A stretch of 64,000 nt of DNA, taken from assembly GCA_942490995.1 (NCBI GenBank), contig CALOBG010000005.1:8357-72356 (forward strand). Direction: 5' to 3'. The first letter of the stretch is position 1. The number at the start of each line of letters is the position of its first letter. Below are positions 50,468 to 60,500 of this stretch, in pieces. The notes beneath the pieces were generated by a model. It saw nothing but the letters and a program-made list of their open reading frames with translations, had not been told where the DNA came from and did no database searches. The stretch is from an uncultured Gammaproteobacteria bacterium (lineage in GTDB: Bacteria > Pseudomonadota > Gammaproteobacteria > Ga0077536). The position numbers and the translations under genes are program-made.

Positions 50468-51085
50468 ATGAGTATTGACAGTCTTCCGGCCTCCCGCAGG
50501 CACACCCGCCGTGCCCTGGCGCCGCGACGGCACAAAGCCCTGCTCGGGTTGTGCCTGGCGCTATGCGCATTGTGCAGCGCACCGTCCGGTGCGGCCCCCT
50601 ACGAAATCGAAATCAATAAGTCCAATCGCCTGCTGATTGTGCGTGCCGGCGAGGAAGTCCTGCAGGTTTTTCGCGTGTCGGTCGGCCGTGGCGGACCCGG
50701 CGACAAACAGCAGTTCGGCGACAAGCGGACCCCTACCGGCACCTACCAGGTGGTCGGTTTCAACGAAAGCAGCAGGTTCGATTATTTCGTGCGTCTGAAT
50801 TATCCGAACGTCAAGGATGCGTTTTATGGCCTGCGCAACGAAGTAATTTCGCGCGCCGAGTTTGACGGCATCATTGGCGCCCTGCGCGCCGGACGCCTGC
50901 CGCCACAGCACACCAGACTGGGCGGCGCGATCGGCATACACGGTATCGGCGAAGAAACGCCGGAGAAAGTCCATATCCACGATCGGCTCGACTGGACCGA
51001 GGGCTGTATCGCGCTGAGGAACTACGAAATCCACGCGCTGCGTGCCTTTCTTGGGATCGGCACCCGCGTGGTCATCAAGGAATGA
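50468..51085 (+). CDS. L,D-transpeptidase (YkuD-fold) with an Arg-rich or Tat-like signal peptide
   Basis: Catalytic HG...(S/T)xGC motif: IGIHGIGEE...WTEGCIAL. Confidence 0.7.
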   Translation: MSIDSLPASRRHTRRALAPRRHKALLGLCLALCALCSAPSGAAPYEIEINKSNRLLIVRAGEEVLQVFRVSVGRGGPGDKQQFGDKRTPTGTYQVVGFNESSRFDYFVRLNYPNVKDAFYGLRNEVISRAEFDGIIGALRAGRLPPQHTRLGGAIGIHGIGEETPEKVHIHDRLDWTEGCIALRNYEIHALRAFLGIGTRVVIKE

Positions 51086-51094
51086 TCCAGCGCC

Positions 51095-51553
51095 GTGTTC
51101 GCGCTGGCGCTGCTGGCGCTCACCAGCATTGCCGGCGCCAGCGACCCTGGCACCGAAAACACCGGCTCGATCCAGCGCTACGTGGTCGATAAACCCTTCG
51201 CGGACGTTGTCTTCGAACTCAATTTTGCCATCACCGAACGCAATTTTCGTATTACCGGGCGCAATACCATTGGTGAAGGATTGCGCGAACGCGGCTACAA
51301 GGATTTCCCCGATGTCGAAGTGATCCACTTCTGCAGTCTCGAGCTGGCCCGCGAAGCGTTACTTATTGACCCCGGCTTCGTTGCCCAGATGCCATGTAGA
51401 ATCACAGTCCACGAACAAGCGAACAAATCGGTCGTCAGTCTGATCACGCTGCCCACCGACCACGTCGATGAACGCATCAACGATTTCGCGCGCCGCATGA
51501 ACGCGACCCTGAAGGAAATCGTAGAGTTCGCCGTTGAATCGGAAGGAGACTGA
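51095..51553 (+). CDS. DUF302-domain protein (secreted)
   Basis: Signal peptide, then the DUF302 fold pattern (..FAITERNFRITGRN.., ..MPCRITV.E). Confidence 0.55.
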   Translation: MFALALLALTSIAGASDPGTENTGSIQRYVVDKPFADVVFELNFAITERNFRITGRNTIGEGLRERGYKDFPDVEVIHFCSLELAREALLIDPGFVAQMPCRITVHEQANKSVVSLITLPTDHVDERINDFARRMNATLKEIVEFAVESEGD

Positions 51554-51556
51554 GCG

Positions 51557-52294
51557 GTGCCAAAATTCAAGGACCACGAACACTGGCTGTTCCTGATGTG
51601 GCTGGTGGTAACCGGCTTGATCGGTTTCGGCTTGCTGGTGTGCTGGAACGAAGGCCTGCTGCAGTTGTTGTTCTATACCGATCGCAGCCGCATCTGTCTG
51701 GTCATCGGACTCCTGTACCTGGCTGGCAGCGCCCATTGCGCAAGGCGCGCGGTGTTTCTTTCGCGCGAAACCGACCAGGTGCGCGAACTCGGCGACCATA
51801 TCGGTGACCGCCTCAGCGTAATACGCGCCGACGACGTACACGGTGTGAGTATCGACGGTTACCATCTGCCGAGCGACAGCGTCATCGGCGAACACGTCGC
51901 CGCGCTGGTGCGCCGTGGTACCAGGCACGACGATCCGGCCCAGGACGGTGAGCAGTCGACCCTGGTCGGAACCCTGGTCGCGCACGCCAAGGGTTCACAC
52001 GACTTCGGCTGGTTCCTCGTCGACGTGCTGCTCAAACTCGGGCTGCTGGGCACGATCGTCGGTTTCATCCTGATGCTCGGCTCGGTCGCTGACACCGCGT
52101 CACTCGACGTCAACACCATGCAGAAAGTGCTCAAACAAATGAGCAGCGGCATGGGTACCGCGCTGTACACGACGCTGGCGGGACTGGTTGGCAGCATGGC
52201 GCTGGGCCTGCAATACCTGTTACTCGACAAAGGCGCCGACGATTTAATCGAAAGGATCCTGCGCCTCACCGAATCGCGCCTCAAGGTCGGTTGA
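51557..52294 (+). CDS. MotA/TolQ/ExbB-family proton-channel protein
   Basis: Three TM helices. The C-terminal MotA_ExbB region is GTIVGFILMLGSVAD...MSSGMGTALYTTLAGLVGSMALGLQY. A GTG start follows an AAGGAG ribosome-binding site. Confidence 0.7.
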   Translation: MPKFKDHEHWLFLMWLVVTGLIGFGLLVCWNEGLLQLLFYTDRSRICLVIGLLYLAGSAHCARRAVFLSRETDQVRELGDHIGDRLSVIRADDVHGVSIDGYHLPSDSVIGEHVAALVRRGTRHDDPAQDGEQSTLVGTLVAHAKGSHDFGWFLVDVLLKLGLLGTIVGFILMLGSVADTASLDVNTMQKVLKQMSSGMGTALYTTLAGLVGSMALGLQYLLLDKGADDLIERILRLTESRLKVG

Positions 52295-52312
52295 GAATCC
52301 GGCAAGCGCCCC

Positions 52313-52918
52313 ATGGCTTTCAGCAGCAACTGGCAGCGGCCGCGCAGCATCTCGGATCCGTTCACCGATCTGTTGTTCAACGCGCTGCTGGGTTTTACCT
52401 ACCTGTTCCTGATCGCGATCATGTTCATGAACCCGGTGGCGAAGAAAGGCATCATCGATCCCAAGGCGGAATACATCATCACCGTCACCTGGCCGGACAA
52501 TAATCCTGACGACATCGATATCTGGGTCGAAGACCCCAACGGCAACGTGGTCTGGTTCCGTAACCGCGAAGCGGGCCTGATCCACCTCGATCGCGACGAT
52601 CGCGGGGTCGCCAACGACACCATCAACATCAATGGCGAGGAGATCCAGAACCCGCTCAACCAGGAGGTCGTGACCGTGCGCGGGGTCGTACCCGGCGAGT
52701 ACGTGGTCAACGTCCATTACTACGCAAGCGAAACACAGCAGCCGGTCACCGCCACGGTTCAGGTCGCCAAGGTCAATCCGGCCCTCGAGATCGTCTATTA
52801 TGGCGAGACAACGCTGGCCGAAAAGGGCGACGAAGAAACCGCGGTCCGCTTCGTCATCGACAAGTCGGGACTGGTCGAGCAGATCAGCCACATCGCCAAA
52901 AGCATCGTTATCTTCTGA
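52313..52918 (+). CDS. ExbD/TolR-like protein with an atypically large periplasmic domain (about 150 aa, beta-rich)
   Basis: The N-terminus SDPFTDLLFNALLGFTYLFLIAIMFM resembles the ExbD/TolR TM helix, with the conserved Asp. The periplasmic part (TVTWPDNNPDDIDIWVEDPNGNVVWF...) does not resemble the canonical ExbD periplasmic domain. Confidence 0.45.
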   Translation: MAFSSNWQRPRSISDPFTDLLFNALLGFTYLFLIAIMFMNPVAKKGIIDPKAEYIITVTWPDNNPDDIDIWVEDPNGNVVWFRNREAGLIHLDRDDRGVANDTININGEEIQNPLNQEVVTVRGVVPGEYVVNVHYYASETQQPVTATVQVAKVNPALEIVYYGETTLAEKGDEETAVRFVIDKSGLVEQISHIAKSIVIF

Positions 52919-52964
52919 CCACCCGGTCCCGACACCTCGCAGCACTCAAACAGGGAGGACGACA

Positions 52965-53486
52965 TTGGTTTTACTAGGCACATCCGGATTGGTCGCCGCG
53001 TACGTCGTGGTCGCCCTGCTGCTGTTGCTGTTGAACCTTTACACGCCGTGGTCGTGGCGCGTGAAGGCGACCCTGATCGCGGTGGTCTCGTTGTTCTACG
53101 CGGTCAGCTATTTTTCGCTGCCGCCCCTGCTCGGCTGGCCGACCGACGCCGAACTGCCGAAACGCTTCAACCTGGCTGCGATCTACGTCCAGGAACCGGA
53201 TAAATCCAGCGGCCGCGAAGGCGAAATTTTTCTGTGGGCTACAGACATGGCCGAAGGCCCACGCGGGGCCGAGCCGCGCGCCTACCGGGTACCCTTTTCC
53301 GGCGAATTGCACGCCCGCGTGGTCGAGGCCGGCAACAAGATGCGCAAAGGATTGCCGCAACTCGGCGAGGTGCGTGAAGAGCAGGTCGGCCCGCATGCCA
53401 AGCCGACCGATGAAACCCAGGGCGGGCAGAAAAGCGTCGCGATTGAATTTTTCGACCTGCCAGATCCGCTATTTCCGGAGAAATAA
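52965..53486 (+). CDS. Small integral membrane protein of unknown function (two TM helices and a soluble domain of about 110 aa)
   Basis: A TTG start 6 nt after the GGGAGG ribosome-binding site. The stop overlaps the next start (TAATG). No recognisable domain. Confidence 0.4.
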   Translation: MVLLGTSGLVAAYVVVALLLLLLNLYTPWSWRVKATLIAVVSLFYAVSYFSLPPLLGWPTDAELPKRFNLAAIYVQEPDKSSGREGEIFLWATDMAEGPRGAEPRAYRVPFSGELHARVVEAGNKMRKGLPQLGEVREEQVGPHAKPTDETQGGQKSVAIEFFDLPDPLFPEK

Positions 53487-55027
53487 TGCGCTGCTCCGGC
53501 ATCGCACCGAGACCCCGACAGGCGGCTGTCGCCGCAGCACCGGCGCGCGCGTGGCCATGCTGGCGAGGATCGGCGCTGGTGCTGGGCTGCTTTGCGTGCG
53601 CCGCTGCAGCGACTGTCACCGAGCACATGGACATTACCTGCGCGCAACAACCGGTCGAAAGCCTGTCCTGTGATTACCGTTTGCGCAACGGTGGCGTACT
53701 GGGCTCGGCCGTAGCCGAATACGACGGTCGGGTGATGGCCGGCACCAGCGTCGCTGACTATCCTGAAAGCGGCGATCTGACCGCCGTCATGGTGCTCATC
53801 GATACCAGCGATCCGGCGCGGCAGCCGGTTGTCGATCGTATCGTCGTGCAATTGCGCGAGTTACTCGAGCACGCCCTGCCGCACCACCGTTTCGGTCTCG
53901 CAAGTTTCGATACCGACCTGTATCTGCTCGCCGATATCGGCACAGCTCCGGTCGATATTCTGCGCGCCGCGTCTGAACTGAAAGCGAAAGGCAGAACGAC
54001 GGAACTGTACCGCAACGTCCGCGAGGCGGTGCGCCTGCTCGGACGCCGTGATGATGTTGCGCGCCGTGCGCTGCTGATCATGTCTGACGGTCTGGCCGAA
54101 GACTACGCTTATCATCATGAGGACGTTGTCCAGCTGGCGCTCGACGAGCGCGTTGTCATCCATAGCATTGGCTATCCCCGCTCGGTCGCTCAATCCGTCG
54201 CCCTGCAGACGCTGCGTCGCCTGAGCGATGAGACGGGCGGTCTGTACGTGCAGGCCCAGCACGTCGATTTTTCGATCCCGGACGGCGTCTTCGCGCGCCT
54301 GCTGGCGGCAACGGATTCCGGCGGTCGTGTCGCTTTTGCCCTCGGTCCGCTCATCGAGGCCGGGATTGGCGGCGCTATCGACTTGTCTCTGGCGTTCCAG
54401 ACACCGGCGCAGAGTTTTATCGTCCTCGCACCGGTGCGACTGCCGGGCATAAATCCGGCAACGGACGCCGGCAATGACAGCCCCGCGAACGTCGTCCCGG
54501 CCGCGCCGCTGGTACGGCCGCCTTTCAGACCGGCGCTGGTTCCACCGGCGCCCACGCCGTGGCCGTGGTTTGTCGCCCTGCTGACCCTGACCGCGTTGAC
54601 CCTGATCAGTGTGGTGTGGGCAATTCGACGCGGACGCCATGGCATCGCCGCGGCGCCGGCCGCGGCCGGCGGCAAAGCCGGCGCGCTAGCCTACCTGGTT
54701 ATGCAGGACGGCCGTCAGCAACGTCATGCTATCGACAAAACGCCGTGGCGGATCGGACGCGGGCACAGCAACGACCTGACCATCAACGACCATTCCGTGT
54801 CGCGCCTGCACGCCGAGATCAGAGCAAACGACGAAGGTTCCCTCCTGCTCAAGGACCTGGAATCCCTGAACGGCGTATTCGTCAACGACAATCGCATCGA
54901 GTCAATTCAGCTCCGTGAGGGTGACGAAGTCGACATCGGCGACGTGCGCATGCAGTTCACCCTGCACGACGAAGCCTACGCGACTGAAGAGCCGACCGTA
55001 CTGGTCAGGACCCATACGCCGCGTTAG
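53486..55027 (+). CDS. Signal-anchored periplasmic vWA-domain protein with one TM helix and a cytoplasmic FHA domain
   Basis: The vWA/MIDAS-like segment is VMVLIDTSD...ALLIMSDG. The TM helix WPWFVALLTLTALTLISVVWAI is at about residues 355-377. The C-terminal FHA is WRIGRGHSNDLTINDHSVSRLHAEI...GSLLLKDLESLNGVFVNDNRI. Confidence 0.6.
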   Translation: MRCSGIAPRPRQAAVAAAPARAWPCWRGSALVLGCFACAAAATVTEHMDITCAQQPVESLSCDYRLRNGGVLGSAVAEYDGRVMAGTSVADYPESGDLTAVMVLIDTSDPARQPVVDRIVVQLRELLEHALPHHRFGLASFDTDLYLLADIGTAPVDILRAASELKAKGRTTELYRNVREAVRLLGRRDDVARRALLIMSDGLAEDYAYHHEDVVQLALDERVVIHSIGYPRSVAQSVALQTLRRLSDETGGLYVQAQHVDFSIPDGVFARLLAATDSGGRVAFALGPLIEAGIGGAIDLSLAFQTPAQSFIVLAPVRLPGINPATDAGNDSPANVVPAAPLVRPPFRPALVPPAPTPWPWFVALLTLTALTLISVVWAIRRGRHGIAAAPAAAGGKAGALAYLVMQDGRQQRHAIDKTPWRIGRGHSNDLTINDHSVSRLHAEIRANDEGSLLLKDLESLNGVFVNDNRIESIQLREGDEVDIGDVRMQFTLHDEAYATEEPTVLVRTHTPR

Positions 55028-55092
55028 TGTCATTGCGACGATACCCATTCGGCACCGGTGTCGAGTTAGTGTCATTGCGACGATACCCATTC
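55024..55092. repeat. Tandem duplication of about 41 bp (a 28-nt repeat TTAGTGTCATTGCGACGATACCCATTCG twice, 14-nt spacer) at the convergent ends of the vWA-FHA gene and tilS
   Basis: Copy 1 carries the TAG stop of the plus-strand gene. Copy 2 carries the last 7 codons plus the stop of tilS. There are only two copies. Confidence 0.7.
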
Positions 55093-56496
55093 GAGTACCA
55101 GGCCGGGCTGGTCGGCCGGGGTGCTGAAGCCGCGGCATACACATTCGGCGCCGACCGCTGCCAGTTGTCCGTCGATCAGCAGCAGTGGCATGGTCACGCG
55201 CCGCCACGGCGGCACGCCCCATTCCTGAAACAATTTTTTCAGGCTCTGGCTGTGAGTACGCGTCACCGGGTGGCAGCGCTCGCCGCCACGGCGAAAGCCA
55301 ATGCGGACCAGACCGCTCGACAAACGTGCTGCATCCAGCGCCGGCGCCGGCCCGCGAACGGCGCGCAATACGCCCCACGGCAGACGCAGCTCGGTGCCGG
55401 GATCCCAGGCTAATAGCTGGCCAGGATCCGGGGCCGGACAGGCGCGCATGAAGTACAGGCGTTCGCGATACCGCCGCACCTCGGTGCCGCCCCATGCCAC
55501 CAGCGGATTGGCGTCCTCGCGTGCCGAACACAGCCGCTGCAGGATCTCGCGCAGCCGGCGTTCGCCGGGCGGGGACAACCCGGCACGCACCAGTGCGCGA
55601 CGCAGAACCACCGCCTGCATGCCGGCATCACAAGCGCGCAGCACGCGTAATTCAAGCTCCATCGGTGTCGTCGTACCGACCGCGAGGATCGTGTCCGCAC
55701 GCCGATCGAGGCTGTCGGCGAGTTGCGACTGAATGCCGGCCAGGCGGCGCAGGCCGGCGGCGGCGCCCGGATAACAGGTTTCGAGATGCGGCAACAGTTC
55801 ATGGCGCAGCCGGTTGCGCAGAAATCGCCGATCGTGATTGCCGGGATCGTCGACCCAGGCAAGTGCGTGCGATTTGGCATAGGCGCTGATCGCGGCCACC
55901 GAACAGTGCAATAGCGGCCGTCCCAGGTGTACCGCGCCAAACGCACGCAATTCGCGCATCGCGGCCAGACCGTGCGGTCCGGCGCCGCCGAGCACCCGGT
56001 GCAGTACGGTTTCGGCCTGGTCATCGGCATGGTGGGCGGTCAACACGCAGGTGCGCGCGCCGAGAGTACTGCTCAACGCCCGGTAACGCTGCGCACGCGC
56101 CCAGGCTTCGACGCTACTGCCTTGCGGCGGCCGTTCGGAAACACCCACAACCGCACAGTTGACGCCGGCCGCGTGCGCCGCTTCACGGCAGTGCGCAGCC
56201 CACTGCCCGCTCTGCGCATGCAGGCCGTGATCGACATGTAAGGCGCGAATACGCAGTCCGGCCGCGCGCGCGAACGCCACCGCCACGTGCAGCAATACAC
56301 TGGAATCGCGACCGCCACTAAAGGCGACCAGAAGTTCGTCGCAGTCGCTCGCTGCAACGATCCGGTTCAGGGCAGCGTTGGCTTGCGCGCCAAGGTCCGC
56401 GGCGCTCCTCGTCGCGGTCACTTGCGTGGCGGTACGCGGACCCCGCGGTCCACGGATGGAGCGCCGACCCGGCCGCTCATTTCTCCGTGTACTCAC
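55072..56496 (-). CDS. tilS: tRNA(Ile)-lysidine synthetase
   Basis: The PP-loop SGGxDS ([14 protein letters not shown]) and the TilS substrate-binding and C-terminal domains. The true start is probably downstream of the tracked one. Confidence 0.75.
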   Translation of the reverse strand: MSTRRNERPGRRSIRGPRGPRTATQVTATRSAADLGAQANAALNRIVAASDCDELLVAFSGGRDSSVLLHVAVAFARAAGLRIRALHVDHGLHAQSGQWAAHCREAAHAAGVNCAVVGVSERPPQGSSVEAWARAQRYRALSSTLGARTCVLTAHHADDQAETVLHRVLGGAGPHGLAAMRELRAFGAVHLGRPLLHCSVAAISAYAKSHALAWVDDPGNHDRRFLRNRLRHELLPHLETCYPGAAAGLRRLAGIQSQLADSLDRRADTILAVGTTTPMELELRVLRACDAGMQAVVLRRALVRAGLSPPGERRLREILQRLCSAREDANPLVAWGGTEVRRYRERLYFMRACPAPDPGQLLAWDPGTELRLPWGVLRAVRGPAPALDAARLSSGLVRIGFRRGGERCHPVTRTHSQSLKKLFQEWGVPPWRRVTMPLLLIDGQLAAVGAECVCRGFSTPADQPGLVLEWVSSQ

Positions 56497-57466
56497 CGAT
56501 CGCGGCGAGTCGCGCGCGGCGCGTTCGGATCAGCGTTTCGGTATCCATCGCCAGCAGCGGTTCCAGCGCCGTATCGAGCGCCTTGCGCAGGGTCTGCGCG
56601 GCCGCCACCGGATTGCGGTGCGCGCCGCCCAGCGGTTCGGCGATCACCGCGTCGATCAGACCCAGTTTGGACAGACTGGCCGAGGTGATCCCCATCGCTT
56701 CAGCCGCGTCGGCGGCCCGCTCGGCGCTTTTCCACAGGATCGACGCACAGCCTTCCGGCGAAATCACCGCGTAAGTCGCGTATTGCATCATCATGACCCG
56801 ATCGGCCACCCCGATCGCCAGCGCGCCACCGGACCCACCCTCACCGATCACGGTCGCGATAATCGGCGTTTTCAGCGCCGACATGACCAGCAGATTGCGC
56901 GCGATGGCTTCGCTCTGGCCGCGTTCTTCCGCACCGATCCCGGGGTAAGCGCCGGGCGTATCGATGAAGGTCAGCAGCGGCAGGCGAAAACGCTCGGCCA
57001 GGTGCATGATACGCAGCGCCTTGCGGTAACCTTCCGGCCGCGGCATGCCGAAATTGCGCTCCAGGTTGTCCTTGGTATTACGGCCCTTCTGGTGTCCGAT
57101 GAAAGCGACACTCATGTCGTTCATACGTGCCACCCCGCAGACGATGGCCGGATCGTCAGCGTAAGCCCGATCGCCGTGCAGTTCGTGCACCTCGTCGAAC
57201 AGATGGGCAACGTAATCGAGCGTGAAGGGACGGCGCGGATGGCGCGCCAGCCGCGCAATCTGCCACGGTTTCAGGGCCGCGAAAATCTGCCGCGTCAACT
57301 CTTCGGAGCGTTTGCCCAGGCGACCGATTTCCTCCGAGATATTTACTTCAGAGTCGTGCCCGACCAGGCGCAGTTCCTCGATCTTGGCTTCGAGCTCGGC
57401 TATCGGCTGCTCGAAATCAAGAAAGTTGAGGTTGAATTGGGTCGCTTCCGCGCGTGGTTCCGCCAT
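56477..57466 (-). CDS. accA: Acetyl-CoA carboxylase carboxyltransferase alpha subunit
   Basis: [17 protein letters not shown]..., ..[10 protein letters not shown].. and GEGGSGGAL motifs. Confidence 0.9.
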   Translation of the reverse strand: MAEPRAEATQFNLNFLDFEQPIAELEAKIEELRLVGHDSEVNISEEIGRLGKRSEELTRQIFAALKPWQIARLARHPRRPFTLDYVAHLFDEVHELHGDRAYADDPAIVCGVARMNDMSVAFIGHQKGRNTKDNLERNFGMPRPEGYRKALRIMHLAERFRLPLLTFIDTPGAYPGIGAEERGQSEAIARNLLVMSALKTPIIATVIGEGGSGGALAIGVADRVMMMQYATYAVISPEGCASILWKSAERAADAAEAMGITSASLSKLGLIDAVIAEPLGGAHRNPVAAAQTLRKALDTALEPLLAMDTETLIRTRRARLAAIGEYTEK

Positions 57467-57501
57467 AAGTTTCTACCGTAGTACCGTGTGTACGTGCGAC
57501 T

Positions 57502-60500
57502 TCAGTACTCGACCCGCACGCGCTGCTCGCCGAGGTATTGTCGCAGGCCGTCGATGAGCTTGTCATTTACCTGCACCCGCCAGTCGTCGCTGAGTTTGAG
57601 GCGGGCGCGCGCGCTGCTGCGGTCGTATTCGATCGCGACCGGACAATTGCCGTTGTGGCGGTGTGTCGTGATCGCGTTGCGCAGCGTGTCCATGAAACCA
57701 TTGCCGAGTTCCGCCTCCGTGACGTTCACGACCAGCGCGCGGGCGAGACGATTGCGCGCTTCATCCAGGGCCATGATCTCTTCGCATTGGATGCTGTAAT
57801 CGCCGGAAAAATCATCGAGTTCGCAGTTGCCCTCTATGACCACGATCTGATCGGCGACGAGCTTGTCCATACAGCGCTCAAATACCTCGCGATAGACGGT
57901 CACCTCGACACGCGCGGTCTTGTCGTCCAGGGTTGCGATCGCCATGCGACCACGCCGCGTCTTGATAATACGCACGCCCATGATCAAGCCGGCCACGCGC
58001 TTCTTGCCCGGGCGCAGATCGGCGAGGGTGGAACTCGCGAAATTGTTCAATTCGGAGCGATAACGGTCGACCGGGTGTCCGCTCAGGTACAGGCCGAGGG
58101 TTTCTTTTTCGCCGGCGAGCAGTTCCTCCTGGCTCCAGTCACGAACCTCGGCGAGGGCAGCGAGATCGATCGCGGGCGCCGCCTCGTCAGTGGCGGCGCT
58201 GGTTTCGAGACCGAAAAAGTCGGACTGCCCGGAAATTTTTGCCTTGACGTGCTGATCGGTCACCTGCAGGGCGCCATCGAGCCCGGCCATCAGGCGCGCC
58301 CGCGAGTAACCGAAACCATCCAGGGCGCCGGCTTTGATCAGGGCTTCGAGGGCGCGACGATTGAGTTTCCGATCACCATTGCGTTTACACAGATCGACCA
58401 GATCGCGGTACTCGCCGTCACTCACGCGCTGCTCGACCATGGCGGTAATGACCGCCTCGCCGAGGCCTTTCAGTGCGCCCAATCCGTAACGGATAGTGCT
58501 GTCGTCGGCAACGCTGAAGCGAAATGCACACTGGTTGATGTCCGGTGCGACGACGGTCAGGCCGAGGTGGCGACACTCTTCGATGAGACGCACGACCTTG
58601 TCGGTGGAATCCATGTCGGCGGACAGCACCGCGGCCATGAACGCCGCCGGGTAATGCGTTTTCAGCCAGGCCGTCTGGTAGGCGACCAGTGCGTACGCGG
58701 CGGAGTGTGATTTATTGAAACCATAGCCGGCGAATTTTTCCATGAGATCGAAAATGAACGTCGCGTCGGCATTCGAAATGCCGTTGCGGCCCGCGCCGCT
58801 GACGAAAATTTCGCGCTGCTTGGCCATTTCTTCCGGCTTTTTCTTGCCCATCGCGCGCCGCAACAGGTCCGCCGCGCCGAGGGTAAAGCCGGCCAGTACA
58901 CGCGCGATCTGCATGACCTGCTCCTGGTACAGGATCACGCCATAGGTCGGTTTCAGGATCGGCTCCAGGGCCGGATGCGGATACCTGACCACCGCCTTAC
59001 CGTGTTTGCGATCAATGAAATCATCGACCATGCCCGATTGCAGTGGACCGGGCCGGAACAGCGCAACCAGCGCGATGAGGTCTTCGAACGAATCCGGCTT
59101 GAGGCGCTTGATAAGCTCTTTCATACCACGCGATTCGAGCTGAAAAACCGCCGTGGTGCGCGCGCTCTGTACCAGTGAGAACGTCGCCTCGTCATCGAGG
59201 GCAAGCTGCAGGATATTGATCGGCGCCAGGGCGGCCTGCAGGCGGGCAGCGTTGATGTCCTTCACGGCCCAGTCGATGATAGTCAGTGTACGCAAGCCGA
59301 GGAAATCAAATTTCACCAGGCCGATGGATTCGACGTCGCCCATGTCGAACTGGGTGACCAGACCGTCACTGCCCTGTTCGCAGTACAGCGGCATGAAATC
59401 GGTCAGCGCGCTCGGCGCGATCACGACCCCGCCGGCGTGACGCCCGGCGTTGCGCGCCAGGCCTTCGAGCCTTAAGGCAAGATCGATAATCCCGCGCACG
59501 TCATCTTCGTCGGCATAACGCTGTTTCAGTACCGGCTCTTCATTCAGGGCCCGGGTCAGGGTCATCTGCGGGTCGAACGGTACGAGTTTGGCCAGCTGGT
59601 CGACGAAACCGTAGGGCATGCCCAGCACTCGGCCGACGTCACGCAGCACTGCTTTAGCCGCCATCGTGCCGTGCGTGATGATCTGCGCAACCTTGTCGCG
59701 ACCGTAGCGTGAGGCCACGTACTCGATCACTTCGTCGCGCCGGTCCATGCAGAAGTCGATATCGAAATCCGGCATCGATACCCGTTCGGGATTCAGAAAA
59801 CGCTCGAACAGCAGGTCGTACTCGATCGGATCGAGTTCAGTGATGCCCAGAGCGAACGCCACCAGCGAACCCGCACCCGAGCCGCGGCCCGGCCCGACCG
59901 GGATGTCGTGTTCCTTGGCCCACTCGATAAAATCGGAAACGATAAGGAAATAACCGGCGAAACCCATCGCCGTGATCACGGCCAGTTCGCTGTCCAGGCG
60001 CTGCTGATATTGCTCGCGATTGAGGGCTACGCTCAGGTCGGGTTTAATCGCACCGCTGGCGGCGCGACGCTCAAGGCCGAGGCGGGATTTTTCCTGTAGC
60101 ACGGTATCAACGCCGCGCTCGGCGCCGGCCGGATACTCGGGCAGGTGATAAACGCCGAATTCAAGCTCCAGGTTACAGCGCATGGCGATGTTGACCGAGT
60201 TCGCCAGCGCCCCGGGCAGGTCAGCGAATAAATCGCACATTTCCTGCTCGCTGCGCAGGTATTGTTCGGCCGAGTAATCGCGCGGGCGGCGCGGGTCGGC
60301 CAGGGCGCGGCCCTGGTGGATGCACACGCGCGCTTCGTGGGCTTCGTATTCGTCGGCTTTAAGAAAGCGTACATCGTTACTTGCAACCAGCGGCGCATTG
60401 AGTCGTGCGGCGCAATCAATCGCCATCTCGTTGTAGCGCGCCTCGCGCTCGCGGCCGGTGCGTGTGATCTCGATGAAGTAGCGATCGTCGAGCAGACCCA

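Noticed and set aside
55024-55092. Possible CRISPR array (28-nt direct repeats)
   Set aside because: There are only two repeat copies, the spacer is 14 nt (far too short), and no cas genes are present. It is a simple tandem duplication.
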